In this document: piece by piece, positions 24,376 through 39,300 of the stretch
Layout of the letters: each line of letters starts with the position of its first letter
Numbering within the stretch: the first letter of the stretch is position 1
NCBI GenBank assembly: GCA_002633005.1
Contig: NMRA01000201.1
Location: forward strand, 381,507 to 440,502
Source: Phoronis australis
Lineage: Eukaryota > Animalia > Phoronida
Reading direction: 5' to 3'
Length of the DNA: 58,996 nucleotides
Notes under the pieces: generated by a model
What the model was told of the DNA's origin: nothing
What the model saw: the letters and a program-made list of their open reading frames with translations, nothing else
Database searches by the model: none
Made by a program: the position numbers and the translations under genes

Positions 24376-27300
24376 CTGAAAAAAAAACAAGCTAAATGTA
24401 TTGGACTGGAAACCCTTTCACAGCTGCCTGCATTTTCAAAGGGTAATCTCCCTTCAATTTCGCATACAATAAACAGAATTTCAATTTTGCGGCTTTGCCA
24501 ATACTGATTTGACTATAAAAACACCCAGAAATTTACTTACAAGTCAAAAGCAATTAAAAATTTTATTGGTTAGGAATTTAGTATTATAGTAAGCAAAATA
24601 AATTTTAGCTCTCCAATAAATCATGTGCTAAGCCAAAGACGAATCTGAGTACCACCTTGACATACCTGCACACTCATTTCAACTAAAAGTAAAACACTAC
24701 TTTGACAAATATACAATAACCACATCTGCAGTACTATAGAGCGCTCTCTGATTCTGTGGTATTTAGTGATAATACCCACAATGCTCTTGCTCTGCAGTTG
24801 TACATCGGTGCCGTGTACTTCATATTAAAACAAGTCTGTCATTTGTGAATCTGATGTGAATAACGTTTTACTGTAAGTTACACAGCGCGTTTCAAAGCAG
24901 GCACGAAAAATTAAAAAGCTGAATGAGGCACGATAAAACGTTCATCTCTTATGTGACTAGATTTAGAAGTCAGTAACACAAGAAGTTTTTCCACTATCAG
25001 CAAATGAAGAGTGATTTCCTTTGTTACACTTTCTGTTGTTTTTCAAGAATAGAGAACAATACAGAGTAATTAACATTCAGCATTAACTGGTCCAAAACTT
25101 TATGCATATAAATCTAATAAAGACAACAATGGCGCGAGCAAAAGATTCGGACTGGCATAAGTAGAGCCCTTCTGTAAACTGTGGAGGCAATATTATGGGC
25201 TTTATGACCCAAAAATCACATGGATTATTGTTGGATGGGATAGACTTCGTGAAGTTATATAAGGTTTAATCAGAGTTATCAATCCACAAAGTTTGTCGTT
25301 TGAGATTTTACTCTCGTTGTTGCCCGCCAGACAGTCACTGGCATCAAGGCTGGTAACGTAACCAGTTGAATTCCTTTGAAATACTAATGTGTTCATCAAG
25401 TGTGGTTTGGCCACGCAAACATAGCGTTAAACTGCGACCGCGGGGGTTTCTAGTTTGATTCCACATCGACACTGATCTCAGACATATCAATTTTCATCGA
25501 TGTCCGTTAATTGCCATTTAAGAATACACAGGGCTATGTGATATAACAGCTTACCTTTCATAAGTCTCCCTAGGCCACAACACATAGTAAGAAAAGACCC
25601 ATGGCTTGGTCATGCCCTGAGCCTGTTTCATGGAGTATAGGTTGTTCCTGCGTTCCTGATTCACCTCCCGCCGTGCCAACAATTCTTGTCGCCTGCGTTC
25701 CATCTCTTGCTGCATTCGTTCGCGGGCTTCTTGTTCAAGTCGCTGGAGCTGTCGTGTGGAAAAATGTATTGATTATAGGATGCACAAAAGAGTACTTTTT
25801 ACAGAGAGAGATATATGGTGGATTGATAGAAATGAAAACTTACAAGACTAGTGTGAAAGGGCAAACAAAGTATGGCAAGCGCTCATCAATTTAGGACATA
25901 AGGTGGCAGACAGGTGCAATTTATTTCTTCCTTTTCTCATAAATGATATACGGTACCAGAATTATGCTTTGCCATGTCCAGGTTCCATACCAAAGTTACC
26001 AAAATTTTTAAAAATTGTGGGCATTCAGCGTTAGAAGCCCTTGAAAAATTACAAAAAGTGCAATTTTGACAATTATTTTTGTCCAAAATTGGTAAAATTT
26101 TACTGTTTCTGTATGTTTTTAGAGGGCTTTTCTTTGCACTCATGGAAGAGGATGGTTAAGTTTATGCAGGACCCTAGTAGAAAAATGTCCAAATTTGGCC
26201 AAATATCTCACCAATGGGTGGTCAGATTCATATGAAACTTTCAGTCAGATTCCATGCTTCATGCACGATTCTCCGAAACACCGTTGGACTTGTTTTTAAT
26301 AAGTTCCACTTTTGTATGAGGGGCTATCAAAAATTGGACTTTTATCATTTTCATGAAAAAAATCAAAACTGTGTAAAATGAAAACGAATGATAATTTTGA
26401 AAATTGTAATGACAGCATTTTTGAGATTTCACATTAGACCTTCTATATTAAAGACGTATTTGCATGCTCCTAACTAGCCTAACGTATAGCAGGAACTAAA
26501 CGACACGTTTTTTTTAACATAATCTACACTAAACAAAGTGCAGCAATGCTGTATTCATTGACAACCTGTAAATGTGAAAACAAACAATTCTGCAATTAGG
26601 TCACCTTTGCACTAATGACGGACCTCGTGGGCTCACACAACCCGCATCATGCAGTGTTATTCCCCAACACTACGTCACAATACTTACTGGCGGATAATTT
26701 TCTCCGCAAAACTCGTTCTTAAAAACATTTGGCAATTATCAAGTGAACCTACTTCCTCAGTATTCACATTGTTGCTATTTCTTGTAAATGTGCTTTCATA
26801 TAATTTGGCCAAGCAAACACAGAGATAAGGAATTGCCTGCACTGGTCATGTAATCATTGCTTTGCTACTGATATACCTTCTATTCTTGCCAAATTTTGCT
26901 AAAAAGTTATGGTCATGTGACCCAGCTAATGTCAGATTCAGGTAAAAACTTTCAGAAAACATACTAAATTTATTGAGAGTTAAAATCTATGGTTTGTGAT
27001 TATTTGACTGAAAAAAAAAATCTTATTGATAAGATTCTACATAGTCTAAAGCGATAAAATGTTCCCAATGGTTCCTGCCACAGTAACAATCGGCCTAAGT
27101 GATCCTTCATTAGACCCCAACCAACACCTCACCTCTATTACTCTCTGCCTCTCTGCCTCCTGCTTCCTGGCCTCTTCCTCCATCTTGACTCTCATCTCTT
27201 CCTCCAGATGGCGCTGCTCATCAGCCAGTCTCTCCCGCTCTTTCTCCTCCTCCTCTCGCAGTCTCCGTGCTTGTTGCTCCATCTCTCGCTTCAACCTCTC

Positions 27301-30300
27301 CGCTTCCTCTCGCTCTCTCACTAGTTGAGCCAGTGCCTCTTCCTCAGCCTAAACATACAGTAATATGTCCCTAATGTCAAGGACTGTTCTCCGGTATTTT
27401 ATATCAGTAAAATGAACCCATCACTCATGTAAGTCTTAAAAACTAACTTTCAAAAATTATGACTTGACTATCTACAATCATTATAAGACTATGGCAACCA
27501 AAATCGGTAAAAGACCAATGGAAATAATTATAGCTAATTACTACAACTGCTAAAACCAATATTCAATTTGCCAAACCCACACAGAAAACTGAATATTCCA
27601 TGGAACAAAATATAACGACTGGTACTGCACTTTCTACTGATTTGGTCTCAGGCATTAGCAAACTGTCAATTCTCCCAAATCCTGAAAAAACTTTGAGTTA
27701 ATTCGGGTAGCTTTTGGACTGAAAACTCTCGAGTTTGTAGCAGCAAATTAAGCTTCTCACACTGAGTCAGTACGATACTACATACACAAGAGAAGCTGGT
27801 CATGAAATGAATTCTTGTTCAAGTTAGCATGGCAATCTGCCACTGAAAATGGTGTCAGAATGATGAAAACATGAACGTAAACAGAGCGATTAGTAGAAGT
27901 ACGATGAATTGTGGACAACAGATTTAACCTGTCGTTCAAGTTCACGCAGACGACACTCTTCTTCCTCAGCAAGTAGCAGAGCCTTTGCCATCTCCTCCTG
28001 GTGGTCAAAATAATAATCAAAAGTATAGAGTACAAAAGGTACAGCATGCAGTAGATTATTGAACAAATATCAAATCATACTGGAAAGCATAATCCATGTG
28101 CAATATAATGGCTGAATTAGAATTAAATTTAAGTCTATTTAATTTATTAAATGAACACATGATGAATTAATTAAAGAATAAATGTGCAATTCATAACTCT
28201 TTTAGCAAGTAATGAACGTCCCAAAACCACACACTATGTGTGAACACGCGACAGAAAACTCATAGGCTGAACTTGGTTGACTTCACCGTTTCCATACACC
28301 CTGTCAACCAGCTAAGACATCTGATGACATCATTAGGCTTGCAGACCAATCAGGCGTCAAAACCAGTTGACCAGGCGGCGAAGTCAATCAAGTGCAGCAA
28401 TTGAAACAATAATAAAAAATGTGGTACTGTAGTCTGCACAAAAAGTGACATATCTCTTCAGCTACCATATCATCCTGTTCTTGCCCTGTACTGTACCACC
28501 ACGTACTCAATACATCCCTCAACCCCCCACTCACACCCTCCACCTGCAAACCTTTCACAAGAGTACATCCATATATCTTCACCCCCTCATCGCGTGTGCT
28601 TCAGGCTTTATTCACTCATTTCTTCAATTCCCGTTTCATCCTCCCACTCTATATCCCACAACTCCCCTACACTTTCCATACGTCAACCTGAACCTTGTAC
28701 ATTCTCTTCACCTCCCATACCAGCTTTTCTAGCCCCATTTTTTCAATTCCATTTATTTCATCCTACCACCCCTACATCCCCAAATCCACAACTCCCCTAC
28801 ACTTTACATACCACAACCTGAACCCTGTACATCCTCTTCCAACCTCCCATCTCAGCTCTTCCACTCTCCNNNNNNNNNNNNNNNNNNNNNNNNNNNNNNN
28901 NNNNNNNNNNNNNNNNNNNNNNNNNNNNNNNNNNNNNNNNNNNNNNNNNNNNNNNNNNNNNNNNNNNNNNNNNNNNNNNNNNNNNNNNNNNNNNNNNNNN
29001 NNNNNNNNNNNNNNNNNNNNNNNNNNNNNNNNNNNNNNNNNNNNNNNNNNNNNNNNNNNNNNNNNNNNNNNNNNNNNNNNNNNNNNNNNNNNNNNNNNNN
29101 NNNNNNNNNNNNNNNNNNNNNNNNNNNNNNNNNNNNNNNNNNNNNNNNNNNNNNNNNNNNNNNNNNNNNNNNNNNNNNNNNNNNNNNNNNNNNNNNNNNN
29201 NNNNNNNNNNNNNNNNNNNNNNNNNNNNNNNNNNNNNNNNNNNNNNNNNNNNNNNNNNNNNNNNNNNNNNNNNNNNNNNNNNNNNNNNNNNNNNNNNNNN
29301 NNNNNNNNNNNNNCCCCCTTCTGTACACCTCCAAAACACAATCCACTCAACACTTTCCATTCCACAACAGATCTTGTTCACCCCTCATCCTCTGCAGGAG
29401 ACTCATACCTCATCTCTCTACTCCCCATTTTATCCTCCTACTCCCACATCTTCGAACACAATTCCCCTCATACCTTACAGTGGCAAGTTTTTTCCTGAGA
29501 CGAGTAACCTGTTTTTACAACAAACTGGGTGGGATCAGCCTCATGCTGGTGTCAGCCAATCAACCCATTCCCTCACAGGAACAGCACTTAATATAGGTCT
29601 CACATTTCTCTCTAGGTTTTAACCTTGCTGGAGAACCTGACACCCAAGATGTTTACTTTTTGTAATAGAATGAGGCACAAGTTCATGATCCATGCAGAGA
29701 ATGCATAACTCATCACCAGCATTTCATACTCTCCTACTCCCCAAAACTCCTTCATTCCCAACCTTGCAGTCCGAGTTGTTCTCTCCATCAAGTGATTTAC
29801 AATCATGCCATCTTATTCACACCCCTCCTCCATCCTCAAAGCTATCCACTTACAAACTTCCATCTCTCCAAATTATGCCACCTTATTCACTATCACACCC
29901 CTCCTCCATCCTCAAAGCTATCCACTTACAAACTTCCATCTCTCCAAATAAAGTTACAACTTACCAACCCTCATTCCCTGATCGTCCCACCTTTGTAACT
30001 CAACTTCCCATTTCATTTACAAAATCTCCCTCACTCGTCATACACTTCCCTCTCCACCACACTTACCCCTACCTTCTCTTCACCCCACATCTCTTTCTGT
30101 TCCATCATCAATCTCTCACCTCCCAAACGCTCACACTTACCTCTATTTCTTCCTCATCCATCATCTCCTGCTCCTCCCTCCTCCTCCTTTCCTCTTCTCT
30201 TCTCTTTCTCAGACTTTCAGCATCTGCTATCTTCTCCAACATCTCCAGCTCTTTTGCCCTAGCAGCTTCCGCTATACGTCTCTCCTGTGCCCTTCGCTCT

Positions 30301-33300
30301 ATTGCTTCCTGCTTCTTCCTAATCAGCTCCTCACTCCGTCTGAGTTCCCTCTCGTCCCTGGCGGCGCGTTTTGCCGCATCCAGTGCAAGGCGAGCCTCTT
30401 CTTCAGATAGCTTAGCCTCAAGCTCTTGTTGTTCCGCCTCTTTCATCTGCGCCTCCAACTCCTGAACACGGAGGTCAGAATGAATACTTGCCAAAATGAA
30501 AAAGTCTGCATCAAACTATTCCCTATTGAAACATATATGCGAACCACTAAGAAAAACGCGCTATCAATCGATTCAAATACTTGGAATGCAAACAAGGGTC
30601 AAAAAAGATCAGCTAGTTTAGTGCTTACTTTTCACAAATCCCTTCTAAAGTCCAACACCACCCCCGAATTAACTCACTATTTGTGACTGTCGAGCCAATT
30701 CTTCCTGGTGCTGCTTCTCTAGCTCCCTCTGGTGAATCATCTCCTTTAAATGTCGCGCCTCCTCATCCCGTTGCTCCTTTTCCTGTCTCCGCCTCTCCCG
30801 TACGGCCGCTTTCTCCGCCTCCAGCCACTCTGGGGTGGGCTTTTTCGTTTTCTTCTCCTTCTTCACTGCGGGCCTTCGCTTGCTCTTGCTTACAGTCGAG
30901 TCAGAGCCAGACAACTTGGTTTCAGCACTCTCCATTTTCAGCTGAACATTAAATGAGATGTGTGAAAGAATAATGGCCACAGTTAACAGCGTTAACAATG
31001 CATCAATAATAATTAACCAACCAAGAAAAACCAAGCATCTTGTAATAAGCTTTGAATGACACATGCTCTTGTATACATGAAAACATTAATATTTAAATTT
31101 TGTTTTGTTTTGTTTTTGCAATAAATATTAGTCAGTTCTTACACTCTACGCCATTCCAAGTACTTTATAAGAGGACTCCGAGGAAGACAAAATCCGTATC
31201 AGGTAGAGTGCAGTTTTCAACAGCAGAAACATTTGAGCGAAAGATGACGTTTTAGTATTTTATTGTTTAAAATAAAATTTTGTATTCCTCAGAGATCATT
31301 AGGATTTATTTAAATGGAGAAATTATTGGGAAGTTTTTAATAAGGATGGATCCCACCATTTCACTAATGTTTGGCCAGACTGACCACTGGGATGACCTGA
31401 TGGTAAAATACTCGAGATAAAGCTATCGCACAACAAAGCGGATCTCAAACCTACAGACTGGGTGCCACGGAACTTAATGACTAATCCACACTTGAGCTGC
31501 TAATATCTTCAAAATCAACAAAGATGAAAGTGGTCTAGTATAAAAGCACACAGTATTGGTGCATAACATTTGACTCAGGTCTAGAGTGTCACAGACAGGT
31601 GAAAAAGTGTGTCTTGAGCAGGACAATGATTGTAAACAATAGGTGTGTTTTCTACCACTCAACCTGGCATGACACATAAACATCCCCTCGATTATACACC
31701 TTGTAAACACCACAGCTGCTGCAATACAACTTTTTTGAGATTCACCAGTTTGACAAGGTGCAGACCATTTGTGGATTGTTGGTTGACAAGCCTACCTAAA
31801 CAATGTTTAATGCATATGGATTGATGTGATTTACCTTGAGAAGTTGCTGTTCTAGTTCCAACTCTTCCATGCTCATCCCATCTCGATAGTTATCAGCTAC
31901 TGAGCTGTCAATAACCTGCTTAACTGTAAAATAATGCACAACATTGTACTGAGTAGTAGAAACTTTGTCCTAAGTTTGGGGTAAATTCACAAATTCTCAA
32001 ACTGAACATAGTTAATAGCACGCACTTTGGCAGAACAGCCGACTATTTTCAAAGGGATCTATATCAGGAGAATGCATGGAAGTAATAAATATAAGATTCT
32101 TTCTCTTTCACGATTCAACAGCAGTCGCGACTGCAACAGTTTCAGTAATAGAGAGGTCCAAACTATGAGGACCAGTTTTCTCCACTGAATAACAGGTATC
32201 AAACTGGTTCTCAAAATGCAGGACCCCCTGTAAGGGACTAGTGCCACAGCATCTAATTTCAAGCACGACATGGCACAATTCATAATTTGCACCATTTTCA
32301 AAGTTAACATATACATGAAGCCGTCAGAAGATATACTAAGCACTTAACATCATGACAAGGATCGAAGCATTTGTCTGCACACAAGTGACTAAGAATACAT
32401 CAAAACTATATAATGTTGACTACAAAAACACAATAAACACTAATAAGAGTTAAGTCCAGAAAGTGCTAATTATATCTGGGCGAAACTCACCTCAAGACCA
32501 GTAAAACCAACAAAAAAATGAAATATTGCATTCACCATTACATTTCAGGCAGATCAACTGATAATAAACTTAAGTTTCTTTTGGTGCTTAATGTAATTTA
32601 TTGTTTGTCATTGTTTTTGGGTATACACCAGCTTTGCAGTTCAATAGGTGCTTTTTGACACTTACCTTCACTAGGAATTTTCAATTCAGGTTCTTGCTCT
32701 TGTTCCGCTGGCTCCCGTTTTTTCAAGCTCTTCACATTAGGAGATTTCAACCGTGTTTTGCTCACTAACGGACTTGGCGTAGGCAGAGAGCCAAAGACTC
32801 TTTCAATCTCCGCTTTGGTGTCATTCAACAAGTTTTCTGAAGTGATGGGCTGAAACAATTGGAGTTTAAACAGAGTTTCCTTTACTAAGACCATCTGGTG
32901 ACCATTCTGTATACAAAGAAATTTGTCACCATAACGACCAAGATACACAGCAAGGCAAAATTAGGTCAAACTCTGTAAAATGTTCACACATTTTCGTCTA
33001 TGTCAGAAATACTTAGCAATGATGTAGACCTTTTATTGCGATTGAAAACACTGCTGACAAAGTTCAAACAGAATGAACTAACTAATATTGCCCAGGTTGC
33101 ACTCGTAAGCAAACAGGTGTACTGCTGTGCACCGATTATAAGACCACGACCTTCTAGTTGAGTATGGTCTTATACTTGAATATAACACTAAAACCTTATA
33201 CTCGAGGTCCTTTGCATTTTTAAATTTTATCAAAAAAGCATTATTTGTCCTGTAAAGTCATGCCCTTATGCTCCAGGTAATAGGGCAAGGGTAAAAATTC

Positions 33301-36300
33301 CAGTGAACAGCAATGCACAATATTATAAATGCATCTGGTCATAATGAAATGGATTACAACCGATGAGATAAAATATAACTAGATTACAACACTATTGTGT
33401 ACTAGAAACATTGAATTTCAGTATAAGCTGCTAAGTTAGTGAACACGGAAAACTTGTGGGAAACAAATGAAGATAAACTGCACTGAACCAGCCCCTACAG
33501 AAGCTGTAAAAAGCTGGCAATATTTTGCCCCATCAATGCTACCACACTGAGCAAATGAGGCATTAAAATATGGTGAACAAGACAGGGTTTACTCCACTCC
33601 TTTGATGAAGAAAAACTGGCACAATTAGATAATGCAGTATGACAGGTAAAAACAATCTACTTACACGAATCAGTGCAGACGAAGCTTGTTTTATCTCTGG
33701 ATCTTGCTGAACTGAAGTAATGGCCAAATTTGGTACAGACTTCTTCAAAGCAGATTTGGTCGGGGACGGAGGATGGGCGGCCTGCTTTCGTGGTGATGAA
33801 GCTCGCACTGGCTGCTTCGGTGGAGATGTATCGAAGTACACAGATGGAGTCGACGCTGTTGTCTTTAGTTCTGACGTTGGAATAGCTTCAATCTAAACAA
33901 CACAAACTAATTTGTATCACGTACCAAAAATTACTGTGGCTAATATAAACATGTCTTAATGAAAATGGAGGTGACTTTAGGACTTGAAAAGATCTGACCT
34001 TCCGTTATCGCTCGAGAACATTCTACGCACTAAGCATGATCTCGAGCAAAAAAAAACAATTGCAGGCAGTCTGATACACGTTGTACCAGACGTGCGCAGT
34101 CCCTTGCATGTGGGCCCATTGTCCTGATCACCTGCAACTATCTTTTATGCTTTATTAATATGTGGTTAAAACTGAGCTGAGGAGCTAGAAACCTGGCTCA
34201 AGGGTTTAACAGTGTGACTTGGTGGGATCTCGAGCAAGTTAACTGTCAGTTTCTTTCCAAGTTCAGACACCCATTCTCGTCTGAGAGAGGAATAAGTGAG
34301 ATTAACATTAAAGTGGCAAGTCAAAAGTTTGTTTCTAAATTGGATAGAACACAAGTTTATATAAATAAGCAATTTAGAGTTAAGAATATAATTAATTTAC
34401 AGCTTACCATTTATATCACTGAGTGCAATTAAATTAGAAGCTTCAAGTATTTGTGGAAAAGTTTTGCAACTAACCCTTGATATCCTCATGCCAGTTTTGG
34501 AGAACTATAAAATTCAAATTTTTCAGTGCACAACTCTTGCATCAGACAGAGACTATAATTGTATACTGATGATTTGCAATTGTGTTTCGAAAACAGTGCC
34601 AACTCCTAACGCAGCTCCATTCTTCATAAATTTTCCATGAAACAATTCTCATTTTCCATAGCCCAAGGGTTTATTTTAGACAAAAAATTCACTTTGCAGT
34701 TTGTTCACTACAGTTTTTAAATAAGTGACTGCCTAAACTCAAGATTTATCTAATGAACATTTCGCCCATGACTTTATAGTAATCTTCAGGTTTTCAGACA
34801 ATGAGTAGGAACCAAGGGGAAAAACTGAAAGTTACATACAGTACAAAGAAGAAGTATTGGGAGAAAATGACCCGGAATTTCCCATCATAACGGCGGGGAG
34901 GAAGCCAAATTCATAGTCAGAGTAATGTTCCCTCATAACCCAGAATGAAGAGGAACTATCAAGAAGGTATCTACACCATTCTGTAATCAGAAGTTTGTCA
35001 CCCTAATACTATTATCAGACAAGCCTTTTTGCTGTTATTAGAATAAGCTGTCATGACAGGAAACAGTCTTTTGTCTGATTGCTTTTGTTGTGTACTGTAA
35101 ATCAGATGACAGAAAGTACACATTAAACTGGAAACCCACCCCACGTTTATCAATAACTGGCGTCTCAGGTACTACACTCTTATCGCCCTGTTCAATGTTT
35201 GCCGATTGCTCTTCATCTCTTTTCGCCTTGTCTACTTCCGCCGTGTCCGACTCCAGACTCGGTGACCTGGGGATGGGAGTTGTCGGAGAGCCGTAGTAAG
35301 CTAGTTTTTCACTCGGCACAATGCGAGACGAAGAGGCAGAACCTCGACCAGCTCCGTTGTCCACAACTTCGTCTTCTGATGTTCGATATTCAGCAGGTGG
35401 AAGCTGTGCTGTATCATTGGTCAAGCAAAGGTCTACATCCTGGGCTGGGTCTTGTTCAAGAGCAGTTTCCTGCTGCCAAGGTGATAGGTCGTCTTCAGCT
35501 GGACTGTGCGACTTTTCTGCTAGTATAAAGATTGTGAATCAAACACGGAGACGCATATTTTAAACAAAATTAGCGGGGTTTATTTTGAGCAAAACTGACG
35601 ATCCAGAAAATCTAGCCTTGAGAATATATTCAATTAAAAGAGATTGCAGCAGGTCCGACGATGCAAGAGGCCAAAATGGTTTGATTTTTGTTTTAAGGCT
35701 AATAGCAAGTCAGTGTTCTAATTTTACTAATAACTAACTACCAGCACTTAACTGTTCTAGAGACTTTTTAACATGAGAAATTCTGTTTTAGGATCAAACC
35801 ATTAAGAATGTCACTGAAAAGTGTTTTGTCAGAGCAATAAAATTAAAATTTTGGCCTATCAGTTTGCACTATTTTAGTCCAAGGCTAAGACCCACTTTAA
35901 TTTTAATGCGATTGGCACTTAGATTTTAATTGCTTTGTTGAATTATTTGGTCATAATCATGGAGATGAAAGGACCGCTTGTTCATGAATAACAAGTAATG
36001 AATTTTGACAATCTTACTTACCAAGGCTGACAGCTGACTTCGTCCGCCTTGTTTCCCCCGATTTCCGCGCAGATCTCATTCTTGACCGTTTACTAGTCGA
36101 GCATTCAGTATGTCCACTTCCAAAACTCCTTACAGACCCACTATCATTGGCTGCAAAATTACTATAGACTGAGGCGGGATCAAGATTTTTGTACATCACA
36201 AAGTTACAGTGGAAATCAATCGCACGCTAATTCGATCCTTATCTCTGTGATTACTTGGTCAACTTAGTTAGAAACACTACATAAAGCAACGATGTGAATA

Positions 36301-39300
36301 ATATGAAGTAGGTTGAAAATTGCAAAATGTTTTTAAGAACGAGTTTTGTATCAAAAAACGACCTGCCGTAAATCACTACACCACGTCTAATAATTATCGT
36401 GACGTGGTGTTAGGAAATACCACTGCATGATGCGGGCTATGTGAGCCCTCAAGGTACATCATTAGTTCAAAGGTCACCTATTTGCAGTATTTTTTGTTTT
36501 CACATTTACAAGCTGTCAGTAAATACAACTTCACTTTGCTTAGTGTAGCTGATGTTCACACAACATTGTTGTTTAGTTTGTGCTATACATTAGAACGATT
36601 AGGAGCCCGCAAATACATCTTTAAATCCCGTCTTCCCGCTACTGCCTTGCAATGATTGAATAAAGATTACAGTCAAGTATAAGCACATCATAGAAATAAT
36701 TTATACAAATTATTAAATTTTTAGTAACTAGCAGTTTTAAAACCTCAAGAAACGTTATATGTTATATTTTTATTGTAAGGGTTATTGATTTTTCAGCAAT
36801 AGTTACGTGGAGTGCAAGACAAAATTTCCGTCTTAACTAAGTCTTAAGAAGTTACTTTTCACGAAACAAACCCGAGGTGACTGAATTTTTAAGTCCCGTA
36901 TTTTGACACATTATTTGCATTTTAGGTTTTTATTAAACTAAAAATATTAAGTTGCTCTCAGTAATCCCTACCCAACACTTCTTGGTGTGTGTGAGCAGCT
37001 GAGTTGGGTCGAGACTGCCTGGATCTAGCCGATGACGAACGGCGTGCTTCCACTACGCTCTCTAATGTATGAGGGAGAAGAAATGAGCTATTGTCAATGA
37101 CAACGTTTTGGAGATTCGTAACGGTTGGCAGAGATTTCTCAAGCGAGAAAGAGTAGCAGCCTCTAGTGACAATGGACGGTGTGGCTGAAAAAGAGAATTT
37201 ACTTTAAATTACATCACTACAAATGTCATGATGCTGTCAATCAAATTCTTGACAGTTTTGATAGCAGTTGTGAAAAAATACAAAAAGGAGTATAAGATAA
37301 TACACATTTTATCACATTTTAACCAAAAGCAATTTCTTGACAACAATTGTCTAATATGTGGTCCAAAAAGATTATACTGCAGGTATGAAATTAACACTGA
37401 CACACTTTGTTAGTCAACTGTATGCCGGACAATTTCAATCATTATTGTGTTTCTGTATCACCAGCATGTATTTTTAATCAGCCTGAAAAGTTATGCATCA
37501 TGACATAACATAATTTAAGAATGCATTCATTAGATAAAAGATCGTAGAATTAATTCTTTTAAAAACTATTCACACATTTAGTCGGTGCAGGGCTCAAATA
37601 GTCGAAAAAAGAAAATAAAAAATTCGAATAATTGCACTTTCCAACAGATGAAGTGTGGATCAGTCAAGTATTTCATGGTTAAAATATATTTTAAAGATGC
37701 ATTTTGCCAATTTAGCTGGCCTCTTAATATTCCTAACTGTAATAGGATTCTGTCGCCATTACCAATAATTCTGTCGCCATTACCAACAATTCTGTTGCCA
37801 TTACCAACAGTTCTGTGGCTGTTACCAACAACATCAAAACCATCGGTGACTCTAAAAAACACTTTGAAATTAGTTTTTATGTATTGGGGATTCACCAACT
37901 GTAAAATTGTGACATAAATGACATATTTATGAGAATAGGAGACCCAATTCAATTTTTCGTTTTTAACCAGCTAAACAGGGCAAAACGAAGTTTTAAATGC
38001 AAAGAAAATATTCAATGTATCTTGAAAGATCACACACATGCTTCAAATTATATTTATTTATTAGCTAGATGTTAGAAGAATACAACTGCTACAAGCGCCA
38101 TAAGTAAAGGACATATTCGCCCATAAAGAGATCTATGTCTAAGCAAGCTAAAGATAATTGCGAAATATGAAACCTCAGGAAAAGGCTAAGTATGCTAACA
38201 GACCGGTCAAGATTTTCAACAATGACAACTGTTCTACACATTTTACTCCTGAAAAGCTTAAAGTGAAGAAGAACATATGTTCCCCAAATATAGTGTCAGA
38301 AGAGAAATGTGGGTATACTTGCCAGGAGTAGTTTTCAAATTATCATTTTAAAAAAATTTTAATTGATAATCTGTAATGAACATTTATGATCCTGGTGACG
38401 TAACAGGATTATAAAGATTTTAGACTTCAGTTGTTGACTACTAGACTATTATGATCCTGGTGACGTAATAGGATTATAAAGATTTTAGACTTCAGTTGTT
38501 GACTACTAGACTAATATGTTACCAAATGTATTACTGCTGCGATTTTGTTCTGAAAATTTAAAAGACGGCCTAGTAGTAATTAATAGCTTTTTGAATCGTG
38601 ACAAAAAATTAGTAAAGACCTGTTATGACTATGTAGCAACACTTCCGCACTGCTGTGCACAATGTTAATGTTTCAACCAATTATAAGCAACACACACTAA
38701 TTGTGAACGTAACTATAAACGATGCCATTGGAACACACAGCTGCGCACACATCCTAAAATCAGTTGAATGTTGCATTTCTTATTTAATCATGAAAAGTAA
38801 CCAACTTGTTGACGGATTTAGAAAATCCAAATAAACCAAATTGTGCCTGCCTAAAACAGAGAATTGTTGTGGCATGCAACACACATTGATCATATTGTCT
38901 CCAGTTCAGAGATTTGATCGACTGTATTGTATCGCTTGCTAAAGGTTCCATAAGTGGTCATTCTTCATGTACTGTACCAAAGACATGGTCTTATAACCCA
39001 ATTAATAGCAGATTAGTAAAAAATCGAAAAATGAACACAGTAGGAAAGTGCAGAATGATGGAATTTCATTTCAGTCATTAAATTTCTCGATAAAACGAAA
39101 CAATAAAACTTTCTGTTTCTTTTGTTGTGGAGTCGAGTAAAAAAACACTTAATCTATTTTCAAAGTGATTATTTATAACAATACTGCAGCTTTCAAATAT
39201 TTAAAAACAAAATTTTGCACGTTTTGTGACATGCCACAAATTCAAATTTTCCGTGACTACGGTACTTTAGGGCGGTCTACAAAAGCCTTCAACTGTTTCC

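Noticed and set aside
28695-29498. Long ORFs of 164-267 aa
   Set aside because: Artefacts of reading through the N gap
37578-37952. ORF with VGNGNRI/VGNGDRI repeats, resembling ice-binding or beta-helix repeats
   Set aside because: It is only the translation of a 4-copy 21-bp intronic minisatellite, with no supporting exon structure
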